The translations under genes and the position numbers were made by a program. Below the pieces are notes generated by a model that did no database searches, was not told where the DNA came from, and worked only from the letters and a program-made list of their open reading frames with translations. DNA of 64,000 nucleotides from NCBI GenBank assembly GCA_001790815.1, contig MGDU01000022.1, positions 108 through 64,107 on the forward strand, read 5' to 3'. Shown here in pieces: positions 37,991-48,771 of the stretch. How positions within the stretch are numbered: position 1 is the stretch's first letter; the number at the start of each line of letters is the position of its first letter. Origin of the DNA: Candidatus Uhrbacteria bacterium RIFCSPHIGHO2_02_FULL_46_47. Lineage in GTDB: Bacteria > Patescibacteriota > Patescibacteriia > GWA2-47-26.

Positions 37991-39673
37991 ATGGATTTTA
38001 TACAGCCCTACTTTGTATGGATAAAAAGTTTGATTGCCGCGTTTCCCGAGGCGGAGATTTTTTTGGTTGGAGGCGCGGTGCGCGACTCTTTACTCAAGCG
38101 CGCCGCCTCTATGGAGGCGAGCCTCGTCCCTGCGGGGCGGGAAAGCAAGGATTATGATTTTATTGTGCGCGGAGTGCAGGCGCGTAAACTACAGGAATTT
38201 TTGGGCACCGTTGGGATTGTAAATCTAGTTGGTCGAACCTTTGGCGTATACAAATTTATTCCGGATGAGGGTTATGATGAATTCAAGGCCAGCGGACTGG
38301 AGGCCTTTGATGTTGCGCTTCCGCGCACGGAAACATCTTGGGGAACTGGCGGTTACCGCGATGTGGAAGTGCAATCCAATCATGAACTGCCAATTGAGGA
38401 AGATCTGGGGCGGCGGGATTTTACGATAAATGCAATGGCATTGAGATTAGAAATTAGAAATTTGAAATTAGAAATTGGAGATCTTGTCGATCCCTATGGT
38501 GGGCAAAAAGATATAGAAGCAAAAATAGTGCGGGCGGTGAGGGATCCGAAAACGCGGTTTGATGAAGATTATACAAGAATGTTGCGCGCGCTGCGGTTTG
38601 CTTGCGAATTGGGATTTGAGATTGAACCAGGAACTTTAGGAGCACTTAAAGAAGTGATGCCGAGGTTAAATGATACGCGTGGAGAAAGCATAGGGCTAAG
38701 CCCTGGATCGTCAAAGGGCTTAGCCCTTGCCGAGTTTGTAGCGCCACGCGAGGTTATTAGTCGCGAATTGATTAAGGCCTTTTATGCGGATCCGGTGCGC
38801 GCGTTTGATTTGTATGATGAAAGCGGCGCATTTGCAATGCTCATGCCAGAACTTTTAAAAATGAAAAGCTGTCCGCAACCGCCGGAATTTCATAGCGAGG
38901 GTGACGTTTGGGCGCATACAAGATTGGCGCTTGGAGTGCTTAAATCGGAGGAGTATGCAAGACTTTTCGGGCAAACTCATCCCCTCCTGACCTCCCCCAT
39001 CAAGGGGGAGGAAAATCCCCCTCCCCTTGTGGGAGGGGCGAGGGGAGGGGTTGATCCCTACAACGCCCTACTTATTATGGCCATACTTTTGCATGATGTT
39101 GGCAAGCCGCCAATGCTTAGAACGCCGCAAGAGCATGGCGTGGACAGAATTCGCCATGATGAACATGATATCGTTGGCGCGGAAATTGCCCGTGAAATTG
39201 CCAAGCGACTAGTTCTGACTATTATGCCAATTGAAGGGGCACTCCATGTTGATGCGGATAAACTTGTATGGCTCATAAAACATCATTTACTTTTGCTGCA
39301 TACCGCGGCGGAAGATTTTAAAGCTTCTACGGTTGAAAAATACTTTTTCAATGAAAAGAATCCGGGGGAAGAACTTTTGCGTCTGGCCTTTTGTGATGGT
39401 TCAGCTTCACTGCCCCCGGGCGGCGGCGGCAAGCCAAATCTTCAAAATCTTTTTGATATGATGGCGCGCATCAAACGCATGGAAACCGCGGTGCGCGAAA
39501 AAAAGCTGGTGGTAAAACCACTTGTCAATGGCGATGAGATTATGGCAATTTTGAAAATCCCGGCCGGCCCGGGAGTAGGAGAAATTATCCGCGCGCTTCG
39601 CGAAGAACAACTCTCCGCCCGAGTGACCAGCAAAGAAGAAGCAGTGGAGTGGTTAAAAAAGAATTTTGGATAA
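37991..39673 (+). CDS. cca: CCA-adding tRNA nucleotidyltransferase with HD domain, with four in-frame repeat insertions
   Basis: LVGGAVRD, DYDF, RRDFTINAM, EDYTRMLRALRF, HSEGDVWAH, LLHDVGK. Confidence 0.9.
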   Translation: MDFIQPYFVWIKSLIAAFPEAEIFLVGGAVRDSLLKRAASMEASLVPAGRESKDYDFIVRGVQARKLQEFLGTVGIVNLVGRTFGVYKFIPDEGYDEFKASGLEAFDVALPRTETSWGTGGYRDVEVQSNHELPIEEDLGRRDFTINAMALRLEIRNLKLEIGDLVDPYGGQKDIEAKIVRAVRDPKTRFDEDYTRMLRALRFACELGFEIEPGTLGALKEVMPRLNDTRGESIGLSPGSSKGLALAEFVAPREVISRELIKAFYADPVRAFDLYDESGAFAMLMPELLKMKSCPQPPEFHSEGDVWAHTRLALGVLKSEEYARLFGQTHPLLTSPIKGEENPPPLVGGARGGVDPYNALLIMAILLHDVGKPPMLRTPQEHGVDRIRHDEHDIVGAEIAREIAKRLVLTIMPIEGALHVDADKLVWLIKHHLLLLHTAAEDFKASTVEKYFFNEKNPGEELLRLAFCDGSASLPPGGGGKPNLQNLFDMMARIKRMETAVREKKLVVKPLVNGDEIMAILKIPAGPGVGEIIRALREEQLSARVTSKEEAVEWLKKNFG

Positions 39674-39676
39674 ACA

Positions 39677-39937
39677 TCAAGCGATTTTGCGATAGATTGA
39701 ATGATCGCCGATGTTAATTAAAAGCGCTTCGCCATCTTTTTGAAATCTAAAGATTACTCGATTTTTATTATCCACAGAAAAAGCCCAAAGTTCGCTATTG
39801 GAAAGTTTATGAGTATGAAGAGTAGGGTGGAATGGGCTTTCACGAAATAGATCTATTTTCATTCGAGCCAGTTGTTGAAGTTGCGAAACTAATCCTTTGA
39901 ATGAGCGTTCAAAGCGAGATGTAAAAAATATCCTCAT
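39677..39937 (-). CDS. RelE/YafQ-superfamily toxin
   Basis: FTSRFERSFK, LHTHKL, NRVIF, IGDHSIY. Confidence 0.82.
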   Translation of the reverse strand: MRIFFTSRFERSFKGLVSQLQQLARMKIDLFRESPFHPTLHTHKLSNSELWAFSVDNKNRVIFRFQKDGEALLINIGDHSIYRKIA

Positions 39938-39959
39938 ATGCGATAGGCGACAGGAGTGA

Positions 39960-40205
39960 TTATCTAAGATCACTCCAGGATTTCAACTCTTTGACGCGCC
40001 CGGCCTTAAGATCCGCGGCTGACTCGTGCTCTAACGTTTTGAGAAATTCATAATCATAAGGATAACCGCTTGGCTCCTCCAGATGCAGGTCGCGCCGTAC
40101 CAGATCGCGAATATATTCGCTAACGTTATTGTAACCCTTTTTATTGATCGTTTCTCTCATTATTGAGAGAAGAGTTTTATTAAGGGAGATATTGATATTA
40201 TTCAT
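39960..40205 (-). CDS. Ribbon-helix-helix antitoxin
   Basis: NINISL...GYNNVSEYIRDLVR; upstream of the toxin. Confidence 0.82.
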   Translation of the reverse strand: MNNINISLNKTLLSIMRETINKKGYNNVSEYIRDLVRRDLHLEEPSGYPYDYEFLKTLEHESAADLKAGRVKELKSWSDLR

Positions 40206-40405
40206 ACTATGTATGGATTATGTGTATTTTATGTATGTATTGTAGCATACGACTTATTTTCATGTCAAATTATTGACGATTGACGGTTGTGTAAGTTTTA
40301 GTCAAAAATGTATACAAATTTAGACTAAAACTTACACCAACTTAATTTTCGCGTATCTTTGGGAATTCCTTGTTTCATAGTATAATTACAGCATTGCAAC
40401 TTTAT

Positions 40406-41410
40406 ATGCAGTTTATCATTACTTCAGAATATAGCAAAATGCGGCTGGATTTGTTTTTGAAAGAACATTTTCCAGAGCTTTCGCGCACGCATTTGCAGAA
40501 ATTAGTCAAAGATGGGCAAGTTACTGTGAATGAAGAAAAAGTAACACCGCACTATTTTCTTAAAGAAGGCGATGAAGTGGAGGCCGTAATTGAGCCGGTG
40601 CAGGATCTGCGTGTGGTGGAGAATCCGGAGGTGACGATTATTAAATGTGATGAAGAAGCTCCCACCCCTCCTAACCTCCCCTCGGGCAGGGGAGGAAAAA
40701 TTGTTTCTCCCCCTCTCGGAGGGGGAGTTAGAAGGGGTCAGGTTTGTATCATTCACGAAGAGCCGGACTTTATTGTGGTAAATAAACCCGCAGGACTGGT
40801 TGTGCATCAAGGTGAAGGACATAAAGAGCCAGATACATTGGCCAATGGTTTGCTTGCGCGTTATCCGGAAATTGGCAAGGTGGGGGATGATCCGGTGCGG
40901 CCGGGAATTATGCATCGCCTTGACGCCGATGTTTCCGGAGTTATGGTTATCGCGCGCACGCAAGATATGTTTGATCATTTGAAAAAGCAATTCAAAACGC
41001 ATGAAGTAGAAAAAGAATATGTGGCGGTTGTGGAAGGCAAAGTTTCGCCGCCTTCCGGCACAATTGAATTTGCCATCGCGCGCAAAGGCGCACGGATGGT
41101 CGCGCGACCAAAACACGAGGAAGGTAAAAAAGCAGTTACCGAATACGAAATGCTTTCGTCAGATGGCAAATCAAGTGTATTGCGTATTAAGATTCACACC
41201 GGACGAACTCATCAAATCAGGGTGCATCTTAAGGCAAAAGGATGGCCGATAGTGGGGGATAGATTGTACAATGTAAAATTTAAAATGAAAAATGTAAAAT
41301 TGGTTGAACCGGGTAGATTAATGCTACATGCAAGCAAGCTAAGATTCAAGGATTTAAAAGGAGTAGGGAGAGAATTTGAAGCAAAGATTCCAATAGAATT
41401 TAATTTTTAA
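40406..41410 (+). CDS. RluA/RluD-family pseudouridine synthase, with in-frame repeat insertions
   Basis: S4 domain, VNKPAGLVVH, HRLDADVSG, TGRTHQIRVH, GDRLY. Confidence 0.95.
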   Translation: MQFIITSEYSKMRLDLFLKEHFPELSRTHLQKLVKDGQVTVNEEKVTPHYFLKEGDEVEAVIEPVQDLRVVENPEVTIIKCDEEAPTPPNLPSGRGGKIVSPPLGGGVRRGQVCIIHEEPDFIVVNKPAGLVVHQGEGHKEPDTLANGLLARYPEIGKVGDDPVRPGIMHRLDADVSGVMVIARTQDMFDHLKKQFKTHEVEKEYVAVVEGKVSPPSGTIEFAIARKGARMVARPKHEEGKKAVTEYEMLSSDGKSSVLRIKIHTGRTHQIRVHLKAKGWPIVGDRLYNVKFKMKNVKLVEPGRLMLHASKLRFKDLKGVGREFEAKIPIEFNF

Positions 41411-41433
41411 TTTTACATTTTACATTTTACATT

Positions 41434-41967
41434 ATGATAATTACCATTTCCGGTATGCCCGGATCAGGAAAATCCACGATCGGGAAAATGCTTGCTGAAA
41501 AACTCGGGTACAAGCAATACTCCATGGGCGACTTACGCGGGCGCTGGGCTATTGAACGAGGGTTGACTATTGATGAATTGAATAAGCTGGGCGAGCAGGA
41601 AGATTGGACGGACAAGGATGCGGACGCTTATCAAGAAAAATTGGGCAAAACCGAGGACAATTTTGTAATTGACGGGCGTTTGTCATTTCATTTTATTCCC
41701 CAAGCTTTTAAGATATTTCTAACAGTTGATCCGCGGGTGGCGGCGCAGCGTGTTATAAAAAACCCCCGTCCGGATGAAAAATTAGCCGCAAGTGTGGAAG
41801 AACTTATGGCGGCTCAACAAGCACGGGTAGAAAATGATGAACGACGCTATGAAAAGTATTATAAGCTTAGTTTTCAGGATAAAAGCAACTATGATTTGGT
41901 TATTGATACTACAGACTTGACACCCGGGAAGATACTTGATAGGATAATGGCACGATTAAAAAGCTAA
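41434..41967 (+). CDS. cmk: Cytidylate kinase (short, archaeal-like family)
   Basis: [26 protein letters not shown]. Confidence 0.88.
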   Translation: MIITISGMPGSGKSTIGKMLAEKLGYKQYSMGDLRGRWAIERGLTIDELNKLGEQEDWTDKDADAYQEKLGKTEDNFVIDGRLSFHFIPQAFKIFLTVDPRVAAQRVIKNPRPDEKLAASVEELMAAQQARVENDERRYEKYYKLSFQDKSNYDLVIDTTDLTPGKILDRIMARLKS

Positions 41968-42061
41968 AGGCAACGCCGATCTATGGATTCATCCGGATCT
42001 ACGGATTTGTATTATCAGTAGATCCGCATGTAAATCCGCGTCATCCGCATTGCACATCATT

Positions 42062-42382
42062 ATGTACGAAAACATCAAGCCCGGCATGACCGTTCGGGTG
42101 CATGAAAAACTTCGCGAGCAAACCGAAAAAGGCGAAAAAGAACGTATTCAAATTTTTGAAGGCATAGTTATTGCGCGCAAAGGCGGAAATCAGCCGCAAG
42201 CCACCATTATGGTGCGTAAAATCGGCGCAGACAATGTAGGCGTGGAAAAAATTTATCCGCTCAATGCTCCAACAGTGGCAAACATTGAACCGGTGCGTCA
42301 GGCAAAAGTGCGGCGAGCAAAATTATATTTTTTGCGCGATTATAAGAAACGATTAAAGGAAACACCAATTGGGAGTAAGTAG
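42062..42382 (+). CDS. rplS: 50S ribosomal protein L19
   Basis: [35 protein letters not shown]. Confidence 0.97.
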   Translation: MYENIKPGMTVRVHEKLREQTEKGEKERIQIFEGIVIARKGGNQPQATIMVRKIGADNVGVEKIYPLNAPTVANIEPVRQAKVRRAKLYFLRDYKKRLKETPIGSK

Positions 42383-42622
42383 TATGTAGTATGTAGAAGG
42401 TAGTATTAATAAAGGTGGTCGAAAGGCCGCCTTTGATGTTATCTTGACATATTAATTTTGGCATGGTATGAGAGTTAATACGAGGATTTGTTCACGTATC
42501 GGAAACTGGTAATTTGCCCCCCTCACCTGGCCTACGGCCATCCTCTCCCTCAGGGAGAGGGGAGGGTGAGGGTGCGCGAAGCGTCTATGTTCTAAACGTT
42601 TCCAAGAACGAGGGAGGCCAAG

Positions 42623-43402
42623 ATGAGGCATTTGGGAATCATCCTCGCAATTCTTTCCATGCTCTACGGCACAGTCAAGGCCGCGCCTGCCAAGGCCACG
42701 AACAAGGATGTACTTGATGATCTTTCAATCATCGCCACGGCCAAGCAGTGCGAGAAGGACAACAAGCACAACTACAACTTCGCAACTGACAAGTGCGATC
42801 CGCTCGTGGCTACAGTAACCACCACGCAAAAGTCGGGCTCCTCCCGTTGGATTCAGCTTAGCTTTGCCATTCTCGCCATTGTGGGACTTCTTATCTACCT
42901 TGGATATGAGCGATACCAAGGGGACAAGCGCGAGGCGGCGGTGATGGAACGCAAGTCTGATGAGGCACGTGAGAGTTACGTCGCGGTACTGCGCGGCAAG
43001 CTTGAAGACATTGCTCTCGTGCTCGGTGTTCCTGCATCAACGGATCTTGTGAAGGAAGTTGACGCGATCCGTGGCGATTGCCAGCGAATGAAACAGGAGA
43101 TGCAGGGATTGCAGGCCGCTCTTCAGGTAGCAGACGAGCGGAATGCCGCGCTCCGGCGCGAATGGGAAGAGTTGTATCTTGCCAGTCGGACCGCGCATAC
43201 TATGCTTCCCCCGCAGACAGGAGCGAGTCAAAGCGGCGTCGACACGATTCTCAAGCGCGTGTGCGAGGCGCTTTGCGAGACGCATATCGCTGCGCTCCGC
43301 CGGCACGTAGAGGATCCCAAGCCCAGAACGTACCGGGCCGCGGATAAGGCCTTGAGCACGATAGAGGAGGTCGCAAAAGAGCTTTCCATGCTCGCGGCCT
43401 AG
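42623..43402 (+). CDS. Secreted/membrane coiled-coil hypothetical protein
   Basis: Signal peptide, Cys pair, TM segment, coiled coil; GGGAGG RBS. Confidence 0.7.
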   Translation: MRHLGIILAILSMLYGTVKAAPAKATNKDVLDDLSIIATAKQCEKDNKHNYNFATDKCDPLVATVTTTQKSGSSRWIQLSFAILAIVGLLIYLGYERYQGDKREAAVMERKSDEARESYVAVLRGKLEDIALVLGVPASTDLVKEVDAIRGDCQRMKQEMQGLQAALQVADERNAALRREWEELYLASRTAHTMLPPQTGASQSGVDTILKRVCEALCETHIAALRRHVEDPKPRTYRAADKALSTIEEVAKELSMLAA

Positions 43403-43421
43403 GATTACACCGTGCTTCCAA

Positions 43422-43459
43422 CAAAACTCCGATCAGTAGCGCTGGTCGGAGGATTTTTT
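43422..43459 (+). terminator. Terminator; near-duplicate at 44580-44621
   Basis: CTCCGATCAGTAGCGCTGGTCGGAG versus CTCCGATCAGCAAGCGCTGGCCGGAG, each followed by a T-run. Confidence 0.75.
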
Positions 43460-43549
43460 ATGCAAGCTTGACAATGGTTTTGCTTCATGGTAAGAGAGGG
43501 GTGGGTATGTAGAAGGATCAACGGACAAACTCTGAAAGGGGAAATGTCC

Positions 43550-44536
43550 ATGTTCAAGGTCAAGCAAACCCTCATGGTTCTTTTCGGAGCGTTCACCGTG
43601 CTTTTCTCGGCCAAGATCGCCTTTGCGGCGCAGCCGACAATGGGCAGCAATGCCTGTGAAGGCGCGATCCCGCTCAAGCAGCTCGTACGTGTTGAAGTCA
43701 GAAAAGACGACTTGAGTGACTGCCCGCGCCGGGTTCGTACGCCGTATCTGTGCGCCTTGCACCGGGCCGACTTGGCTCACCGCAGTTTGAGCCATGCCAT
43801 GCGGACGACAATCGCGGATTTGGGCAACGGGACCTGCGGCCGCGTGAACCTGCGCGGCGTGCTCATCTGGACTGAAGACCGCGCGAGTCTTGAAGGAAAA
43901 AAGTTCGTGGATCTGGGTACGGAGCTGCCCAGCGGCAATCTGCGCTTTGGCGCGTGGAAAACCAACGTGCTGTATCTTGCACCTGTCTCAGGCGAGGAGC
44001 TCCTTGCTTCCTGCACAAGTGATCTGGCTGACTGCAATGCGCAGCTCGTCAAGACCGCGGTAAAATGTCCGGAACCGGAATGCCCAAAGGCCGAGAGTCC
44101 GACATTTATCCCGCAAGTTGAGAAGGGCCCAACAGGTCTTACACGAGACCCCAATAACCCGGTTTCTCGGGAAGAATTGCAAACATACGCAAGGGAACAA
44201 GACGCGATCGAGGAGGAACAATCCGCGATCGAGAGGGCACAACTTGCGATCACAAAGGAGCTGAAGCGCTTCAATGACCTTGTCGTTTTTGGGGACAAGA
44301 TTGCAGAATGCAAGACTAAAGGCCTTCTGCTCTACTCCACGGCTAAGAAGGACTGTCTGACCACAGTGGATCTAAACGCAATGCTCAACCGCCATGCACA
44401 GCAGCAGCTGGCGGCAAGTTACGCCATGGTGGACAGTCTGCGAGTGGCTCTCCGAAAATCAAGATCATGCCTGGGCAGGTGGCGCTGGTCAAGCGATACG
44501 GACGGTTGGTGCGACACCTCAAACTCAATGTGGTGA
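43550..44536 (+). CDS. Secreted Cys-rich hypothetical protein
   Basis: Signal peptide ending IAFA; many Cys; AAAGGGG RBS. Confidence 0.7.
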   Translation: MFKVKQTLMVLFGAFTVLFSAKIAFAAQPTMGSNACEGAIPLKQLVRVEVRKDDLSDCPRRVRTPYLCALHRADLAHRSLSHAMRTTIADLGNGTCGRVNLRGVLIWTEDRASLEGKKFVDLGTELPSGNLRFGAWKTNVLYLAPVSGEELLASCTSDLADCNAQLVKTAVKCPEPECPKAESPTFIPQVEKGPTGLTRDPNNPVSREELQTYAREQDAIEEEQSAIERAQLAITKELKRFNDLVVFGDKIAECKTKGLLLYSTAKKDCLTTVDLNAMLNRHAQQQLAASYAMVDSLRVALRKSRSCLGRWRWSSDTDGWCDTSNSMW

Positions 44537-44682
44537 GTGAGGCACTTGATCAACTCGGTCCGACCAACGTCCTTTCAACAAAACCTCCGATCAGCAAGCG
44601 CTGGCCGGAGGTGAATTTTTTGTAGTCGCCGGTCTTTAGCCGGCGTGCGCAGCCTAAAGAGCTGCGGCTACATTAGAGATGA

Positions 44683-47643
44683 TTATTTTAATAGTTTCTT
44701 TAAGTATTGTCCCGTATAAGAACGTTTTACTTTGCAAATATCCTTGGGCGTTCCTTGCGCAATGATAAAGCCGCCTTTGTTTCCGCCTTCCGGCCCCATG
44801 TCAATAACCCAGTCTGCGGATTTTATCACCTCAAGATTATGTTCAATGACCAATATGGTATTTCCTTTATCAACAAGCCGCTGAAGCACAACTAAAAGAT
44901 GCTGAATATCTTCAAAATGTAGGCCAGTTGTTGGTTCATCTAAAATGTAAAGCGTTTTTCCGGTTGCGCGCCTGGAAAGCTCAGTAGCAAGTTTTACGCG
45001 CTGGGCCTCGCCGCCGGACAAGGTCGGCGCTGGCTGGCCAAGACGTATATAGCCAAGTCCAACATCCCCAAGTACTTGAAGTTTATCATATAGAAGCGGC
45101 ACATCTTTGAAAAATTCTTTTGCCTCCGAAGCCGACATATCCAGAATATCGGCGATGTTTTTATTTTTGAAGTGGATTTCCAGTGCTTCGCCGCGATAGC
45201 GTTTGCCATGGCACTCGCTACAGACCACAAACGTTTCAGACATGAATTGCATGGGAATTTTAATGTATCCTTCGCCGGCGCAGGTTTCACAGCGCCCGCC
45301 CTTTACATTAAAACTGAATTTTCCCGCGTCAAACCCTTTGAGTTTTGCTTCCGGAATTTCAGTATAGAGATCGCGAATAATTGAAAAAATTCCAGTATAG
45401 GTTGCGGGATTGGAACGCGGCGTGCGGCCAATGGGCGTCTGATCTACCGTGATAACCTTATCAATGTATTGAATGCCGTTTATCTCCTCATGTACAAGCG
45501 GCAGATCATTTGCTCCATGCAGAACATGGGCAATTTTTTTTGCCAGGATATCCAAAATGAGTGTTGATTTGCCAGAACCGGACACGCCGGAAACACAGAC
45601 AAAAAGCCCAAGTGGAATTCGTATATCAACATTTTTGAGGTTGAACGCGGCTGCGCCTTTGATTGTAAGAGCTTTGCCATTTCCTTTGCGCAGTTTTTTG
45701 GGCAGTAAAATTGTTTTGCGTTTTGAAAGATATGCGCCAGTAATGGATTTTTTATTTTTTATGATTGCGGCAATAGTTCCTTCCGCGATAATTTCGCCGC
45801 CTTGGAGGCCAGCGCCCGGACCCATGTCAATAATCCAATCTGCCGAGTGCATGATTTGCGCGTCGTGCTCAACAACCAGCACGGTATTTCCGTGCGCGAG
45901 GAGTTTTTTCAAAAGGTGCAGCAGCATGACTGTGTCGCGTTCATGCAATCCCACGGTTGGTTCATCTAAAATATAAATCACGCCGGATAAAGGAGTAGAG
46001 AGCTGGACTGCTAGGCGTACGCGCTGGCCTTCTCCGCCAGAAAGTGCCGGAGCGGCGCGGTCAAGCGTCAAATACCCGATTCCCGCGTTTTGTAGATTAT
46101 GAAGACGCGTTAAGATTTCTTTGATGATTGGCGCGGCAATTGCCGCTTCTGTTTCGCTGAGCCCTATTGAAAATTTATTGAAAAATTTGATTGCATCATC
46201 AACTGAGCATGCACTAATCTGCGCGATATTTTTTCCGGCGACTGTTACTGCAAGCGCTTCAGGCCGCAAACGACTGCCCTTGCATACCGGGCAAATGTTT
46301 TGGCGCATATAGGTTTCAATTTCTTTGCGAATGTATTCTGAATCAGTGTCGCGGAAGCGCGCTTGCAACTCCGGAATAACGCCTGTAAATTTCAGCGCCG
46401 TCTCCTTTACTTCATAAGTTTTATCGCCAGTGCCGTAAAGAATCATCTCGCGCGTTTTTTTGGAAAGTTCACCAACCGGAGTATCCAGAGAAAATTTATG
46501 CGCCGCGGCAACTGCCCCAAGGAGTTCAAGACGCGCGGACTGATTTGCGCCAATGCGTGTCCAGGGCTTTATCGCGCCTTGAGCAAGGGAAAGGCGGGGA
46601 TTGGGTATAACCAGTTCCGGCACGACAGTTGATTGAATGCCCAGACCATGACACTGCCCACAGGCGCCATGCGGACTGTTGAATGAAAAATTGCGCGGCT
46701 CAATGGGCGGATAGGTTTTGCCGCATTGTGGGCAGGTCAGGTCCTTGGACAAGAAAAATTGACCCTCACCCTGCAGTGCCACGTCGGCTGACTGTGGCCC
46801 TCTCCCAGAGGCGGGAGAGGGATTTACCTTTCCTTCCTCTCCCTTTGTGGGAGAGGATTGAGGTGAGGGGATCATTCGTTCTGCGGCAATCATTCCATCC
46901 CCCAACTCCAGCGCGGTTAAAATTTGCATGCGCACATGTTCCGGATCTTCTTTAAGCTCTTTGGGGCCGTAAGTGCCGATGGCCGCATCAAGGGTGAATG
47001 CCGAGACGGGGAGGCTGGTTTCCTCCAAAGCTTTGAGCTGGGTAAGCTCACCGTTTAAACGCACTTCAGTAAATCCGGCACGGGTGAGGCGCTTGATCAA
47101 ATCATTTGATTCTTGTAGCGCGGGGCCTTGTGCCCCGCTTAGCGGCACACGAGGTGCCGCGCTACGATCATATCGTACAATCGGCGCAAAAATTCGGATT
47201 TGTGTTTTAGAAATTTCTTCCTTAAGACGCCGGACAATATCTTCGGTAGAGGCACGGGAAAGTTTTTGGCCACATGTAATACATTTTGGATGCCCTACGC
47301 GCGCGAAAAGCAAACGCAGATAATCGGCAATTTCAGTAAGTGTGCCCACGGTTGAGCGCGGGTTTTCAGAAATGCCACGCTGATCTATGGCAATGGTTGG
47401 CGCAAGTCCGCGAATTTCATCCACATCCGGTTTATCTTGCAGTTCAAGAAATTGGCGAGCGTAGCTTGAAAGGGACTCAACATAGCGGCGCTGGCCTTCG
47501 GCAAAAATCGTATCAAAGGCCAGGGAGGATTTTCCTGATCCTGAAAGACCGGTAATAACCACCAGCTTATTTTTTGGAATTTCAACCGTAATGTCTTTCA
47601 GGTTGTTTGCTCGGGCGCCTTTGATGATGAGTTTGTCTTGCAT
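44683..47643 (-). CDS. uvrA: Excinuclease ABC subunit A, with two in-frame repeat insertions
   Basis: [14 protein letters not shown], Zn fingers, [26 protein letters not shown]. Confidence 0.98.
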   Translation of the reverse strand: MQDKLIIKGARANNLKDITVEIPKNKLVVITGLSGSGKSSLAFDTIFAEGQRRYVESLSSYARQFLELQDKPDVDEIRGLAPTIAIDQRGISENPRSTVGTLTEIADYLRLLFARVGHPKCITCGQKLSRASTEDIVRRLKEEISKTQIRIFAPIVRYDRSAAPRVPLSGAQGPALQESNDLIKRLTRAGFTEVRLNGELTQLKALEETSLPVSAFTLDAAIGTYGPKELKEDPEHVRMQILTALELGDGMIAAERMIPSPQSSPTKGEEGKVNPSPASGRGPQSADVALQGEGQFFLSKDLTCPQCGKTYPPIEPRNFSFNSPHGACGQCHGLGIQSTVVPELVIPNPRLSLAQGAIKPWTRIGANQSARLELLGAVAAAHKFSLDTPVGELSKKTREMILYGTGDKTYEVKETALKFTGVIPELQARFRDTDSEYIRKEIETYMRQNICPVCKGSRLRPEALAVTVAGKNIAQISACSVDDAIKFFNKFSIGLSETEAAIAAPIIKEILTRLHNLQNAGIGYLTLDRAAPALSGGEGQRVRLAVQLSTPLSGVIYILDEPTVGLHERDTVMLLHLLKKLLAHGNTVLVVEHDAQIMHSADWIIDMGPGAGLQGGEIIAEGTIAAIIKNKKSITGAYLSKRKTILLPKKLRKGNGKALTIKGAAAFNLKNVDIRIPLGLFVCVSGVSGSGKSTLILDILAKKIAHVLHGANDLPLVHEEINGIQYIDKVITVDQTPIGRTPRSNPATYTGIFSIIRDLYTEIPEAKLKGFDAGKFSFNVKGGRCETCAGEGYIKIPMQFMSETFVVCSECHGKRYRGEALEIHFKNKNIADILDMSASEAKEFFKDVPLLYDKLQVLGDVGLGYIRLGQPAPTLSGGEAQRVKLATELSRRATGKTLYILDEPTTGLHFEDIQHLLVVLQRLVDKGNTILVIEHNLEVIKSADWVIDMGPEGGNKGGFIIAQGTPKDICKVKRSYTGQYLKKLLK

Positions 47644-47666
47644 ATTGGGACATCGGTTCACAGTCG

Positions 47667-48032
47667 TCAGTTCACAGTATTGTTGTTGAGACTGTTTTTG
47701 AGCGCATTTAGCATGCGCACGATCTCATTTATTTCCGCATAAAGTGTTTCATAGGTTTCTTGCGTAATGTAATTTCTGCGCCGTGCTATTGCAAGACATG
47801 CGACGCATTCGTATGCTGAAGTTCGCGACATATCAATAAAATGGCCGAATTCTTTATTAGTTCGCCCTGTCCCTTCTGCTATGTTTAAAAGAATCGAGAT
47901 TACCGCACGCCGTAATTGTGATGAGAGTGTGTAAAGTTCGTGAGAAGGGAATTTATCCACAACATCATAGACATGATCAACAAGATCAAGAGTATGCTGA
48001 TATACTCGTAATTCCTCAAATCTAAATGGCAT
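47667..48032 (-). CDS. Four-helix-bundle protein (23S rRNA IVP/Avd-like superfamily)
   Basis: [40 protein letters not shown]. Confidence 0.9.
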   Translation of the reverse strand: MPFRFEELRVYQHTLDLVDHVYDVVDKFPSHELYTLSSQLRRAVISILLNIAEGTGRTNKEFGHFIDMSRTSAYECVACLAIARRRNYITQETYETLYAEINEIVRMLNALKNSLNNNTVN

Positions 48033-48195
48033 ACAAGACTGTGAACAGATGTCTGATGACGGATGACTCAATTGCAAAGAAGTGTAGCATAAACCCGTCA
48101 AGGGTTCAAGGGTGGATAAGTAGCTTGACCCACATTTATTAATAATATACAATGGAAGGGTGGAAATATCACCTTTCCATTAAACAAGTTTATAT

Positions 48196-48771
48196 ATGGC
48201 TACTGAAAATCTTATTGCCAAACTATACCAATCCCCAAAGACAATCCTGACTACCAAAGATATCGCTTTGATCTGGCAGGAAACTAATACAGCTAATCTT
48301 ACCTCAAAGATTAAGTATTATGCTAAAGAAGGATCATTGATCCGTTTAACTCGTGGTGTATTTGCAAAAAATAAAGAGTATGATGTCAAAGAACTGGCAA
48401 CGAGTATTTATACCCCTTCCTATGTCAGTTTTGAAACAGTTTTGCGAGAAGCTGGTATTATTTTCCAACATCATGATGCAATTTTCGTAGCCGGTCCTTA
48501 TCCAATTACCAAAAAGATTAATGGTCACACCATTATATTTAGAAAACTGAAAAACAGTGTTCTCTACAACGCGCTTGGTGTCAAAAATGAAAAGAATTAC
48601 AGCATCGCCACGCCAGAGCGAGCCTTCCTCGACACCATCTATTTATCTCCTAAATTTTATTTTGACAACCTGCGATCCATTAATTGGGAGGTATGCTTTG
48701 AGCTTGCCAAAATATACCATAATAAACAATTAATTAAGCGAGTTGCGGAGTACCAAAAGCATGCTCAATAA
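48196..48771 (+). CDS. Type IV TA antitoxin, AbiEi-like
   Basis: LIRLTRGVF, PSYVSFETVL, IATPERAFLD. Confidence 0.85.
   Translation: MATENLIAKLYQSPKTILTTKDIALIWQETNTANLTSKIKYYAKEGSLIRLTRGVFAKNKEYDVKELATSIYTPSYVSFETVLREAGIIFQHHDAIFVAGPYPITKKINGHTIIFRKLKNSVLYNALGVKNEKNYSIATPERAFLDTIYLSPKFYFDNLRSINWEVCFELAKIYHNKQLIKRVAEYQKHAQ

Noticed and set aside
40286-40340. Inverted repeat TGTAAGTTTTAGTC...GACTAAAACTTACA as an element end
   Set aside because: Single copy in the window between divergent genes. I cannot distinguish an operator from a repeat.
42623-44536. Prophage or integrative element
   Set aside because: No integrase, terminase, structural or replication genes.
47667-48032. Four-helix-bundle gene as the Avd of the DGR
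   Set aside because: It is 43 kb away, matches the general IVP-like family, and has its own repeat flanks. A trans role cannot be supported from sequence.
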